Positions 1-9,411 of a stretch of 64,000 bases of DNA are shown here, piece after piece; the first letter of the stretch is position 1, and each line of letters opens with the position of its first letter. A model generated the notes under the pieces. That model was not told the DNA's origin. It saw nothing but the letters and a program-made list of their open reading frames with translations, and made no database searches. This DNA comes from a virus, in IMG/VR virus record IMGVR_UViG_3300019487_000026, positions 1 to 64,000 of that record; one strand, given 5' to 3'. A program made the translations under genes and the position numbers.

Positions 1-735
1 ATCAAAGAGTTAGTAGGTCAAACACCCTACTTGTATTGCACTGATGGTCAGGGTAATGTGTATGTTCGTCAGGCATTGATGGTATGGTCAAAAGGCATAC
101 GAGCAACTGTTAAGGTTGTATTTGATAACGACGATTATATTGAGTGCACACCTGACCACGAATTTTTATTAAGCGATGGGTCGTATAAAAAAGCAAAAGA
201 TTTAGTCGCAAGTGATAGTCTTGCTGCTTTAAACAAGCGCTTAATCAATGATTATCTGTCTTTAAGTATTACAGGTAGTCGCAAACTTATTGCAGAACAT
301 AATGCCGTTTTTGAAATGAAATTTGGTCAATATCCAACAATTTTAACAAGCAAGCGCAACACTGACAGCACTGTTGCCCATCACGTAGATCACGTCAAGT
401 GGAACAACCATCCCGATAATATTCAAACAATGACACTTCGGGAACACTCCACTCATCATTCAACGGATTTGAAAGAAATGCAACAGCTTCGGGCGCGGCG
501 GATGAAAGGAACCACTTGGGAAGAGTTTTACGGGGAAAAAAAGGCGCGAGAAATACGAACAAAATATGTGGCAAAGCGTAAGGGAACAACACCGTGGAAC
601 AAAGGAATTAACTTTTCAAAACAAACAACAAACCACAAAGTGGTGCGTGTAGAGGAAAGTATTGAGCAAGAAGTTTTTGATATAGCAATGCCTGAATATC
701 ATAACTTCGTGGCCAATGGTGTCTTTGTTCACAAC
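1..735 (+). mobile_element. Intein 1 in nrdJ (partial), carrying an HNH endonuclease
   Basis: Block B ECTPDHEF; HNH-like AHHVDHVKWNNHPDN..EH..H; NUMOD3-like PWNKG; ends HNFVANGVFVHN/C. Confidence 0.9.
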
Positions 736-3700
736 TGCTGGCATCCAGACATTCTCGAATTCATTGCAGCAAAACAACAACCAGGACGTCTCACAAAGTT
801 CAACGTGTCTGTCAATTGTACCGATGAATTTATGGAACGGATTGTTCGGATTCAGCAAATTGATCGTCAGATAATCGAGCACCAACAGAGTTTGGGCGAC
901 AGTCCCGTGTGTGGAACTGTTCTCCTCAATCTTACTGAAGCACGAGCAACATTGGATGAATGGAATCTGGTTTTTCCTGATACAACCTCTCCCGCTTACA
1001 AGAAAGAATGGCAAGGTGATATTCGAGCATGGAAAGCAAAAGGCTATCCTGTCAAACTTCATAATGTGGTATCAGCAACAGGGCTGTGGGATCTCTTGAT
1101 GGAGAGTACTTATAAACGCGCAGAGCCGGGCATATTGTTTCTTGATCGTGCAAATCATTTCTTGCCGCTCAACTATGCCGAAACGGTCTATGCCACTAAC
1201 CCGTCAATGCCAGCAGGAACGTTAGTTCACACGAAAGGCGGCATCTTTCCGATCGAAGTACTCGACGGGCAAGAATTTTTAGTGAAGTCGTTAGATGGTG
1301 AGTGGGCCCCAGCACGATGCAGACTTTCGGGGGAAAATGAAGAACTGTTAGAAATCTCATTTGGAACAAATCGCACAGTTCGGTCAACAAAGAAACATCG
1401 ATGGCCTGTTTACGATGCACGAATGGAGAGGTTATATAAAGTCGATGCAAGAGAGCTCCGAGTAGGTGATCTGATCCCATTAAATCGTAATGAGGATATT
1501 GGAGTCTTTGGTGATATGTCATTAACGTACGATGAGGGATTTTTTGTTGGTTATTTGACTGGCGACGGATGGTTCACACACAAAGGCAACAATGAATATA
1601 ATGTTGGTATTACTTTTGGAAAACACGAGCGTTCAATGGCAGAACGTGTCCTTGCAATTGTGAATTCACTAAAGAGTGTCCCATCCACTCTCTCCGTGAG
1701 GGAAAATACAGGGGAAATTTATTTGCAGTTTACGACAAGACAACTTGTTGATAAGATGTTGAGTCGCTATAAGTTAATACCTAGTGTAAAAACCATTCCA
1801 GATAGTGTTTGGCAGGGCAATGACCAATACATTAAAGGATTTGTTGATGGTTTATTGAGTGCCGACGGATGTGTAAGTGACAGCAACAACAATCTAAAAA
1901 TTACTCTTACCACATCAAGAGAAGAACTCGCACAAGGATTTGCAAAACTGTTGAGTTTTGCTGGTGTGCCAACAATGGTATGGAACACAATAGTCGAAGA
2001 AGTATCGTTTCCTAATGGTAAAGATTATGATCACTCATATGATCGTTGGGACGTGGCCGTGTCAGGCAAAGCAGTTCTTAAATTTGCAAAAGTGTTCGAT
2101 ATCACTCATCCTGATAAACACCAGAGACTCGAAAATATAATTAGTCGTGTATGCAACAAAAGGGATCATCGTGCTCTTGAATTTGTTGAGGTGGTGTCTG
2201 TTAAATCTGCCGGAACGGCCAAGGTTTGGGACATCAGTGTTCTACATAATCAACACGTCTTTCCAACTGAATGGTGCTACACGGGAAATTGTGGGGAACA
2301 AACTCTTGCCCCAGGCGGTGTCTGTAATCTTGGCTCTTTGAACTTGACACAGTTTATCAATGCAGATCGCTCTGGTTTTGATCTCGAGAAGGTTGCCAAG
2401 TACACTGCTATCATGGTTCGTTTTCTTGATGATATTAATGATCTGACAAAAGCTCCCTTGCCAGAATACGAATGGAACATTCGCAACAAACGGCGCGTTG
2501 GCGTTGGTATTCTTGGTTGGGGTTCGGCTTTGTATATGTTGAAAACAAAGTTCGGTTCGGAAGAGGCAGGTATCTTTCGCGATCAAGTGATGACAACAAT
2601 TGCACGTGCTGCCTATATGGCTTCAATTGATCTTGCAGTTGAGAAGGGAATGTTCTTTGTGTGCCGTCCCGAAAAACACCTCGAGGGTCCGTTTGTCAAA
2701 CAATTAAATCTTCCCTCAGAATATCTAGACAAAATGATGAAGTATGGAATTCGTAATAGTTCATTGTTGTCGATTCAACCAACAGGAAATACATCGATCC
2801 TTGCAAATGTTGTATCGGGTGGTCTCGAACCGGTGTTCATGCATGAGTACATTCGAACGGTTATTGTTGGTCATATGCCAGCAGAATTTGCAGACCAAAC
2901 TCCTAAGTGGTATGAGGGCGAATGGCACGAGACGAAAATGTTCAAGTTTACTAAAGAAGGCGACGAAGAGATTCTGAAAGGCAAAGGACCTGATGGAACC
3001 GTATACAAGATTGACAAGAATCGTGGTCTAACTCGAGAGGTCTTGTGTCAAGATTACGGCGTCCGCTATATGAAACGAGCGGAAGAATGGGACGGGCGGT
3101 ATGGATGGACGTCAACTGCAATGGATTTGTCGGTGAACGATCATTTGAATGACTTAAAGGGCTTTGCTCCCTATGTTGATAGTGCAATGTCGAAATGTGT
3201 GGCAGAAGGGACACTAATTTCAACGAATAAAGGACTGAAACCGATTGAAGCACTGGGTATTCATAGTTCATCGCAAGAGGGGTTTGTTGTGCCCTGTGAT
3301 AATTTTACTGTTCTTGACGAAAACGGTGAGGAAAAGGATGTAACACAACATTATTTTGGTGGCATTAAGCCTTGTGCCACTGTCCGTTTTAATAATGGAT
3401 TTAAGTTAACAGCTGCCTACACACACAAACTAAGGTGTGCTACAGGATGGAAACCGCTTGCTGATATTAAGGTTGGAGATAAAGTGTTTTATCGCACAAA
3501 CGCTTTTGTCGTTGATAGACCTTACATATCCCCACCACAACCAACATTTGCTCCCAATGCTAAACACACGACTTTTCCACAAGTTGTTGACGAAGATTTT
3601 GCGTTACTGCTTGGGATGTGGGTGGCAGATGGAAGTTTAACTGATCATTCAGTTTCAATCTGTGAAAAAAATGAGAATGTAAACGCACTATGTAAGCGAC

Positions 3701-5109
3701 TGATGGTCCAATTGTTCAACACACACCATGTTCAACTTGACACAAGGTGGGGAGTAAAAACACACTATGTACATTCAAGTTCAATTGCCCGCTGGTTTAA
3801 GAGAGAGTTTGGTCATGGTGCTGCTAACAAACGCCTTCCTCAATGGTTGCTCGATTCGCCGGTCTCGGTGTGGAAGGCGTTTGTTGAAGGATTAACTCTT
3901 GACGGTTATCTGAAAAAGACTGAAGGCGCCACCTTGTTGGTGGTGTTTGATGGATATGCGAAAGATGTCGCAGAAAAACTAACATATATGTTATCCACGA
4001 TGGGCGTTCAGTATTATCTATTGACAAGAACTGCTGGAAACGAAAAAACAACATACGGTGTTATCGCTTGGTTAACAGATACTGATACAATTGTTCCTGT
4101 TGAAGACCACAAAAAAGCATACAATCCACAAGAAAAAGCAAAAAAACAAACCTATATTTCCAATAGTGTGTTTGAGCAATTAATTACTCAACAACCACAC
4201 AATACATCTGGCAGTATAATTAGAGCAAGATTACGAAAATGCCAACAGAGGGACAATTTTGTTAGAATGTCGTTTGTTGACAAGTTGGGCATAGAGTTTG
4301 ATCGAAATCTCACTTGTGTGGTGGTTACGGATATCGTTGATGTAGGAGAAAAACGTGTGTACGACATTGAGGTAAAAGACACGCACAGTTATCTGATAAA
4401 CGGCGTTGTCTCGCACAATACAATCAATGTTCCAAACGACTATCTATTCGAGGAGTTCAAGAACATTTATCTTGATGCATACAAGTCAGGATACGTGAAG
4501 GGCGTCACAACCTATCGTGCTGGGACAATGACAACTGTTCTTGCAGCCAAAGACGAGAAGAATGCAACAGACATGGATGAAGAGATTATTCTCGAGGACG
4601 TGAAACTGCCAGATAGTGCACCGGCAACGATGAAAACACTAAAGGCAGAAGGTCGGAAGTGGTATCTAACAGTTCTTTGGTGGGATGACCAAAAACTTCG
4701 ACCGTTTGGTTTCTTTGTTCACACAAATAGTCACGAGAAAACGACAATCGCAAATGATGCCGTTGAGTGTTTGACCGCCTTAGCAAAGCGAAAAGGTATT
4801 CCACCAAAACACATTGATAAAGTTCACGAGAAGATTGAGGTGGACAATAACATTACGAAGATTGCTCGTATGATTAGCTTGAATCTTCGACACGGTGTCC
4901 TGATCAAGAACATTGTGTCTGCTCTTGATGGTGTCGACAATGCAACGGTTGGAACATTCTTATTTGCAATCAAAAAGTACTTGTCGTCGTTCATCAAAGA
5001 TGGTGAACAAGTTGAGGGAAAAGTCTGTGAAGCATGTGGATCGACAAACATTCTTTATAGCGAAGGTTGTCATAAGTGTGGAGATTGTGGCTCGAGCAAG
5101 TGTGGTTGA
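1..5109 (+). CDS. nrdJ: Class II (adenosylcobalamin-dependent) ribonucleotide reductase, 5' truncated, with three inteins and a C-terminal zinc ribbon
   Basis: Frame is open from base 1. Extein motifs HPDI.EFI.AK, AEPGILFLD, TNP/CGEQ..CNLGSLNL, RRVGVGILG, IQPTGNTS..SGGLEP, SAMSK/TINVP, KGVTTYR; terminal CxxC..CxxC. Confidence 0.95.
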   Translation: MKELVGQTPYLYCTDGQGNVYVRQALMVWSKGIRATVKVVFDNDDYIECTPDHEFLLSDGSYKKAKDLVASDSLAALNKRLINDYLSLSITGSRKLIAEHNAVFEMKFGQYPTILTSKRNTDSTVAHHVDHVKWNNHPDNIQTMTLREHSTHHSTDLKEMQQLRARRMKGTTWEEFYGEKKAREIRTKYVAKRKGTTPWNKGINFSKQTTNHKVVRVEESIEQEVFDIAMPEYHNFVANGVFVHNCWHPDILEFIAAKQQPGRLTKFNVSVNCTDEFMERIVRIQQIDRQIIEHQQSLGDSPVCGTVLLNLTEARATLDEWNLVFPDTTSPAYKKEWQGDIRAWKAKGYPVKLHNVVSATGLWDLLMESTYKRAEPGILFLDRANHFLPLNYAETVYATNPSMPAGTLVHTKGGIFPIEVLDGQEFLVKSLDGEWAPARCRLSGENEELLEISFGTNRTVRSTKKHRWPVYDARMERLYKVDARELRVGDLIPLNRNEDIGVFGDMSLTYDEGFFVGYLTGDGWFTHKGNNEYNVGITFGKHERSMAERVLAIVNSLKSVPSTLSVRENTGEIYLQFTTRQLVDKMLSRYKLIPSVKTIPDSVWQGNDQYIKGFVDGLLSADGCVSDSNNNLKITLTTSREELAQGFAKLLSFAGVPTMVWNTIVEEVSFPNGKDYDHSYDRWDVAVSGKAVLKFAKVFDITHPDKHQRLENIISRVCNKRDHRALEFVEVVSVKSAGTAKVWDISVLHNQHVFPTEWCYTGNCGEQTLAPGGVCNLGSLNLTQFINADRSGFDLEKVAKYTAIMVRFLDDINDLTKAPLPEYEWNIRNKRRVGVGILGWGSALYMLKTKFGSEEAGIFRDQVMTTIARAAYMASIDLAVEKGMFFVCRPEKHLEGPFVKQLNLPSEYLDKMMKYGIRNSSLLSIQPTGNTSILANVVSGGLEPVFMHEYIRTVIVGHMPAEFADQTPKWYEGEWHETKMFKFTKEGDEEILKGKGPDGTVYKIDKNRGLTREVLCQDYGVRYMKRAEEWDGRYGWTSTAMDLSVNDHLNDLKGFAPYVDSAMSKCVAEGTLISTNKGLKPIEALGIHSSSQEGFVVPCDNFTVLDENGEEKDVTQHYFGGIKPCATVRFNNGFKLTAAYTHKLRCATGWKPLADIKVGDKVFYRTNAFVVDRPYISPPQPTFAPNAKHTTFPQVVDEDFALLLGMWVADGSLTDHSVSICEKNENVNALCKRLMVQLFNTHHVQLDTRWGVKTHYVHSSSIARWFKREFGHGAANKRLPQWLLDSPVSVWKAFVEGLTLDGYLKKTEGATLLVVFDGYAKDVAEKLTYMLSTMGVQYYLLTRTAGNEKTTYGVIAWLTDTDTIVPVEDHKKAYNPQEKAKKQTYISNSVFEQLITQQPHNTSGSIIRARLRKCQQRDNFVRMSFVDKLGIEFDRNLTCVVVTDIVDVGEKRVYDIEVKDTHSYLINGVVSHNTINVPNDYLFEEFKNIYLDAYKSGYVKGVTTYRAGTMTTVLAAKDEKNATDMDEEIILEDVKLPDSAPATMKTLKAEGRKWYLTVLWWDDQKLRPFGFFVHTNSHEKTTIANDAVECLTALAKRKGIPPKHIDKVHEKIEVDNNITKIARMISLNLRHGVLIKNIVSALDGVDNATVGTFLFAIKKYLSSFIKDGEQVEGKVCEACGSTNILYSEGCHKCGDCGSSKCG
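1204..2289 (+). mobile_element. Intein 2 in nrdJ (LAGLIDADG), inserted in the NP/CGE catalytic motif
   Basis: Starts SMPAGT; GYLTGDG and GLLSADG motifs; ends KVWDISV..YTGN/C. Confidence 0.9.
3196..4419 (+). mobile_element. Intein 3 in nrdJ (LAGLIDADG)
   Basis: Starts CVAEGT; LLGMWVADG and EGLTLDG motifs; ends VYDIEV..NGVVSHN/T. Confidence 0.92.
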
Positions 5110-5135
5110 TAAAACGACGCAAACAGGGTAAAGTG

Positions 5136-5165
5136 AAGGGACTAGTGTAAAACTAGTCCCTTTTT
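5136..5165 (+). terminator. Rho-independent terminator after nrdJ
   Basis: AAGGGACTAGT-GTAAA-ACTAGTCCCTT stem followed by a T run. Confidence 0.85.
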
Positions 5166-5175
5166 GTTTGGGGAA

Positions 5176-5181
5176 TAAATA
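5176..5181 (+). promoter_or_regulatory. T4-late-like promoter motif TAAATA (representative of more than 20 sites)
   Basis: Also on + at 25535, 27989, 31948, 37546, 42281, 43324, 46018, 49602, 59347, 59858, 60477, 62739, 63869 and on - at 16131, 16825, 19587, 26764, 27953, 30976, 35214, 35991, 45032, 56935. Nearly all lie just upstream of a gene on the same strand. Confidence 0.75.
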
Positions 5182-5199
5182 TTACGAACGGAGAAAAAC

Positions 5200-5646
5200 G
5201 TGCGTCTTGAAGAAGTAAAGATCGATTTCGAAGAGGAAATGTTGCGACACACGCAAAAAGTTGTTGACCGTGTCGCCGCCGCACTTCGTCTTCGATTTGG
5301 CCGTCAGGTTGAACCGTTGAATATCCTTTGTGGACCAGACACAGACGATGAAACCGGAGAACCAGTTATCAAGGGCCTAGTTTTAAAGGCGGGTGTTTCA
5401 GCAGGCGTTGCCAGCCGTATTTCAGAAACACTTGAACGAGAATTTGCTAGTACAAAGAACTTTGCGAGCCGGATCTCGCGCAATCTAGGCGTTATGGAAT
5501 GGCAACTTGAAGTAAGTGTTGGTGGACAGACACGAAAAATATTTGTTCGATTCATGCCGGGAGTATCGCTTCCTACAGGGGCTGAAATCGGTGTTATCTG
5601 GATTCCGATTACAGGAGTTGTGTCCGGGAAAGGGAAACGACAATGA
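5200..5646 (+). CDS. Hypothetical protein (N-terminus MRLEEV)
   Basis: GGAG SD, GTG start, downstream of TAAATA. Confidence 0.75.
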   Translation: MRLEEVKIDFEEEMLRHTQKVVDRVAAALRLRFGRQVEPLNILCGPDTDDETGEPVIKGLVLKAGVSAGVASRISETLEREFASTKNFASRISRNLGVMEWQLEVSVGGQTRKIFVRFMPGVSLPTGAEIGVIWIPITGVVSGKGKRQ

Positions 5647-5852
5647 AAATACAAGACTTGTTTGAAAAGAATAGTCATACAAAGTATGGACCGGCGTATG
5701 AGAAAGGCTGCCAAGCAGCCAATATGTTCCAAGATACACACGGAAAAGTGAAAGGTGAGAATCCTTATCAAGAAAACAGTGAAGAAGCTCGAGCCTGGAC
5801 GCAAGGATGGCATGATACGTACGTTGCGCATGTGAATTTTGACGGAGACTGA
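5643..5852 (+). CDS. Small Rmf/CrpP-like protein
   Basis: AYEKGCQA..NPY..RAWTQGW pattern resembles ribosome modulation factor (G YQA..CPY..W..GW); ATGA overlap with upstream gene. Confidence 0.5.
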   Translation: MKIQDLFEKNSHTKYGPAYEKGCQAANMFQDTHGKVKGENPYQENSEEARAWTQGWHDTYVAHVNFDGD

Positions 5853-5853
5853 A

Positions 5854-6378
5854 ATGAAATTAGACGAAATGCTAAACCAAGACGGAAAAGTAAAGAAGAT
5901 CTATTGCGATCTCGATGGTGTGCTTGTTGACTTTGTCAAGCTGGCAAGGCAGTGGGTGCCTGGGTGGGAAGAAGATAATGTGCCTGGGCGCAGCAAGAAA
6001 CTTGATGGTCAACTGTGGGGTCGTATTGGTGGCCGTTCCAAGAAAGGCATTGCTTTCTGGGGCCAAATGGACCCAATGCCAGATGCAATGGAGCTATGGC
6101 ATTACATCAAGAAATACAATCCAGAAATCTTGTCAGCAACAGGACATGTTGGCAATCCAATTCCTGAAAAACAAGAATGGGTCAAGAAGCATTTGGGCGA
6201 TGTTCCAGTGCATCTTGTCCAGAAAGCCGTGTTGAAAGCGCAATATGCAGCGCCAGGATTCGTCCTTATCGACGACAAACGCAAGGCGATTGATCCGTGG
6301 ATTGCTGCGGGTGGCATTGGCATTCTTCACACATCAGCAGCTGATACAATTCGCCAATTGAAGGAGCTGGGTCTGTGA
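5854..6378 (+). CDS. HAD-family 5'(3')-deoxyribonucleotidase (NT5C-like)
   Basis: DLDGVLVDF, ILSA, K..YA, LIDD; start placed at MKLDEM after GGAG. Confidence 0.85.
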   Translation: MKLDEMLNQDGKVKKIYCDLDGVLVDFVKLARQWVPGWEEDNVPGRSKKLDGQLWGRIGGRSKKGIAFWGQMDPMPDAMELWHYIKKYNPEILSATGHVGNPIPEKQEWVKKHLGDVPVHLVQKAVLKAQYAAPGFVLIDDKRKAIDPWIAAGGIGILHTSAADTIRQLKELGL

Positions 6379-6764
6379 ACATTAACGAGCTAATTGTTGA
6401 AGGATACCTTGCTTACGAGGTGCCAGAACACGCACGTCAAGATCTGGTCAAGAAATATCCTCCAAAATTTCCGGAGTTCATCGCTCACCACATTACAAAA
6501 GAGTTTGGTGTGCCACAAAGCACGCCGGAAGAAACGGCTCGAATCAAATTGATCGGCTATGCCGAAGAAGATGGTCTTGAGGTATTAGTTGTTGAAGTAA
6601 ACGGTTCACGTCGTCGTGATGACGGTGCAATTTATCACATTACGTGGTCGCTTGATCGTAGCAAGGGCAAGAAACCGGTCATGTCAAATGATTTAATTCG
6701 AAAGGGCGACTGGCAGCTCGTTGAGCCATACGAGTTTCACGCTCCGTTAAGGTTCTTTCAATGA
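6375..6764 (+). CDS. Putative 2H phosphoesterase (cyclic phosphodiesterase-like)
   Basis: Two HxT motifs: HHITKEF and YHITWSL. Confidence 0.6.
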   Translation: MNINELIVEGYLAYEVPEHARQDLVKKYPPKFPEFIAHHITKEFGVPQSTPEETARIKLIGYAEEDGLEVLVVEVNGSRRRDDGAIYHITWSLDRSKGKKPVMSNDLIRKGDWQLVEPYEFHAPLRFFQ

Positions 6765-7123
6765 AACTAAATGAAACAACTCATGCCGAACGTGTTGCCG
6801 TAGAGCTCTTGGGTGAGATTCGTAATCGACTAATACTGCGTCTTGGGGCAAGAGCAAATGTTGTTGGGCCTTTGCAAAACAAGGCAGGCGGCGGTGTTGT
6901 GTGGGCAGACTTCTGGGTTTATGTTCCTGCCGAACATTCAGTGAACGAGGTTATCGAAGATACAATTGAGAGCGGTTCAGGCGCCCTCAAACCACATGAA
7001 GAATATCCTGCTTCAGGCCGAAAGATTTATCTGCTCCGGCGATATGCTGGCACCCACGTGGCAAAATTCTTCGTCGAAGTTCGACGCTTGATTGATCATG
7101 GCACACACATTAGCGTGTGGTAA
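6761..7123 (+). CDS. Hypothetical protein (MKLNE N-terminus)
   Basis: Translationally coupled ORF in the same operon. Confidence 0.7.
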   Translation: MKLNETTHAERVAVELLGEIRNRLILRLGARANVVGPLQNKAGGGVVWADFWVYVPAEHSVNEVIEDTIESGSGALKPHEEYPASGRKIYLLRRYAGTHVAKFFVEVRRLIDHGTHISVW

Positions 7124-7369
7124 TCATTCGTCGTCGTAAGGTTGACGACCACCAATCTTCGTAAAGGTTCCGTAGTTTTCGTCGTCTTCTTGATCGTCGA
7201 TGTGCTGAGCCCACTCTTCGAGTGTTTCAAAGGACGAATTCAATGTCTGATCAAACACACTACCATCTTCGTCAATTTCAATGTTGTACAGCTGTTCAAG
7301 TTCCTCGTGAGAGAGGCGCTGAATGTCCCCAACTGCCCCGTGGGTCTGGGAATAATTACGTTTACTCAT
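7124..7369 (-). CDS. Acidic hypothetical protein
   Basis: ORF follows the AAA gene; AAGGGC upstream. Confidence 0.7.
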   Translation of the reverse strand: MSKRNYSQTHGAVGDIQRLSHEELEQLYNIEIDEDGSVFDQTLNSSFETLEEWAQHIDDQEDDENYGTFTKIGGRQPYDDE

Positions 7370-7377
7370 GGCCCTTT

Positions 7378-9411
7378 CTAGTCATTAACAAATCCAAAGC
7401 TACCTTTAATTTGATTGTCGCTTGACTTCGGCTGGTTGTCAATTAGGGCACGAAGACGAGCAACGGCTGCCTCAAACTCAACCTCGAACACTTCGATTGA
7501 TACGATCAATTCTTTGATGTGTGCGATTGAGAAGTTTTTGGTTGCCTTGATCCATTTTTGAAGTTCTGCGTGATTTTCGGAAAGTCGTTTATTCTTTGCG
7601 GTGAGATAAACACGACGTGCTTCTTCATTAGGCATCCCAATTTTTCGAACGAGATCAAAACGACTGGGGCGACACACGAATCGTTGGTCGAGACGTTCCG
7701 GAAAATTCGTTGTAGCAACGAAAACCACGTTGTCAATTTGAAGTTCACCATCCATAAGCGCGAGCAAATCAGCTTCTCCGTGATCATCGATAATCGTGTC
7801 AATGTCTTCAAGCATCACAACCAGCGGGCGCGTTGGTTCAACTTGCCGGAGGATTTTCAAGCCTTTTGCGGACAGGTCAGGGTTGCTTACGTAGACAGAA
7901 ATTCCACCATTCTCAATTACTTCATTCGAAATCTGTTGAAGGGTTGATGTGTTGTGTGTAACTGTAAAATCACCAAGCAAGAAACGACCATTTCCATCTA
8001 AGGTGAACCCATAATAATCATCTTCGTCCAGTGGAATAACTTCTATAGAAGTGTGCAATGGATCTTTGATTTGTTTCCGTGGTTTTGCTTGTTTCCGTTT
8101 AATGCGCGTCGGTATTTGATCTGTGTGTCCTGAAATATGAACACTTTGACTGTAAAATACATCACCGGTTTGATTTGTTGTTTGTTTTTGACTCACAGAC
8201 ACTCGAAACCCAAGTGAGCGAACAAGGAATACAACATCATCAATCAATCTTTTGTTTGTATTAGAAAACTCAAAGCAGTTTGATCCAAGATACCCATCAC
8301 TATCGAGTAGTCCAGCTAATAACTGAAGACGAGTTTCTCTGCTATTTATTTTATAGAGTTGTGGTATGTGTTTGTTGTTGAGCACGCCGAGCTGTTTCAT
8401 TTGTGCGCGAAGTGGATTCGATCCTCTTTGGAAGGCTTTACCTGACAACGCATAGGTTTTTGCTTTGTTTGTGGGAGAGATCTTCTTCTCAACGAGCCGT
8501 AGTCCCACATTGGTGGCGTACGATTCCAGAAAACCTATAACTTCACCGTCAGCCGTAGTTATATCCGTGTTAGCGGACGTTCCGTCGCCCAACCACAGTC
8601 CAAGATAATAAGGATCAACACCTGTAGGTTTTGCTTGAAACTCTATGCTAACCTTATAGCCATACCATTCTTTTTGAAAGTTGGCCGTCGTAGCCAAATA
8701 ATCTTTGAGTTCAACATCTTTGTATTCGGTTGTGCGCCTGTGAGGATTATGTCTACCTTTCTTCCATGTTGATCGCACTAGAGATAGAATATGGGATTCA
8801 TTGACTGTGTAACTATCACCGTTTGTTTGGTCTATCCTGTACATCTTTTCACGGCCGCGGCCGAGCGCACACACTGTTCTGGGAGTAGAGTCATCACCCA
8901 TAACCAAATCACCAACTTTAATATCTTCTACTGCTTTAATTGAGCCATCATACATTATAACTGGAGTGCCTCGCTTTAATGATTTACCCGATCCAGGAGG
9001 GCCCCAAAGAAGAACTCCACGCTTCCATAGGAAGCCAAACTTACGAAAATGCTCTTCTTTTGTCCAGAAGGTTCGAATCTCACGAACAATTTCATCGCTG
9101 ACACTATCTGGGAGCCGGATTAGTTCATCGAGGTTTATGTCCGCTTTGTGGAAATGGATCCCGAGACTGTCATTGGCTTCGATCGTATACTGTCCTGGTA
9201 CTAATTCGTCAACAGCCGTTTCACAAGCCGAATAGCGGCGCCCACCATAGATCGCCCACATCTGTTGTAGTCCAGTTCCAGTCATTCGACTGTCGTCGCC
9301 ATCGTCTCCCCTCCGTGGGCGCGGAGGTGAAGTTCGACTTTCGCGGGCGCGACGAACTTGACCGGCAAGGCGAGCTAGCTCGGAAAGTTCTCGAGCAATA
9401 TGATCAGTCAT
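7378..9411 (-). CDS. AAA+ ATPase with an intein in Walker A
   Basis: RGVLLWGPPGSGK/TS, Walker B VMLEDID, ATTNFPERLD..RPSRFD; start MTDH overlaps the topoisomerase stop. Confidence 0.9.
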   Translation of the reverse strand: MTDHIARELSELARLAGQVRRARESRTSPPRPRRGDDGDDSRMTGTGLQQMWAIYGGRRYSACETAVDELVPGQYTIEANDSLGIHFHKADINLDELIRLPDSVSDEIVREIRTFWTKEEHFRKFGFLWKRGVLLWGPPGSGKSLKRGTPVIMYDGSIKAVEDIKVGDLVMGDDSTPRTVCALGRGREKMYRIDQTNGDSYTVNESHILSLVRSTWKKGRHNPHRRTTEYKDVELKDYLATTANFQKEWYGYKVSIEFQAKPTGVDPYYLGLWLGDGTSANTDITTADGEVIGFLESYATNVGLRLVEKKISPTNKAKTYALSGKAFQRGSNPLRAQMKQLGVLNNKHIPQLYKINSRETRLQLLAGLLDSDGYLGSNCFEFSNTNKRLIDDVVFLVRSLGFRVSVSQKQTTNQTGDVFYSQSVHISGHTDQIPTRIKRKQAKPRKQIKDPLHTSIEVIPLDEDDYYGFTLDGNGRFLLGDFTVTHNTSTLQQISNEVIENGGISVYVSNPDLSAKGLKILRQVEPTRPLVVMLEDIDTIIDDHGEADLLALMDGELQIDNVVFVATTNFPERLDQRFVCRPSRFDLVRKIGMPNEEARRVYLTAKNKRLSENHAELQKWIKATKNFSIAHIKELIVSIEVFEVEFEAAVARLRALIDNQPKSSDNQIKGSFGFVND
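7951..8982 (-). mobile_element. LAGLIDADG intein in the AAA ATPase
   Basis: Starts SLKRGT; LGLWLGDG, LLAGLLDSDG; ends YYGFTLDGNGRFLLGDFTVTHN/T. Confidence 0.92.
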
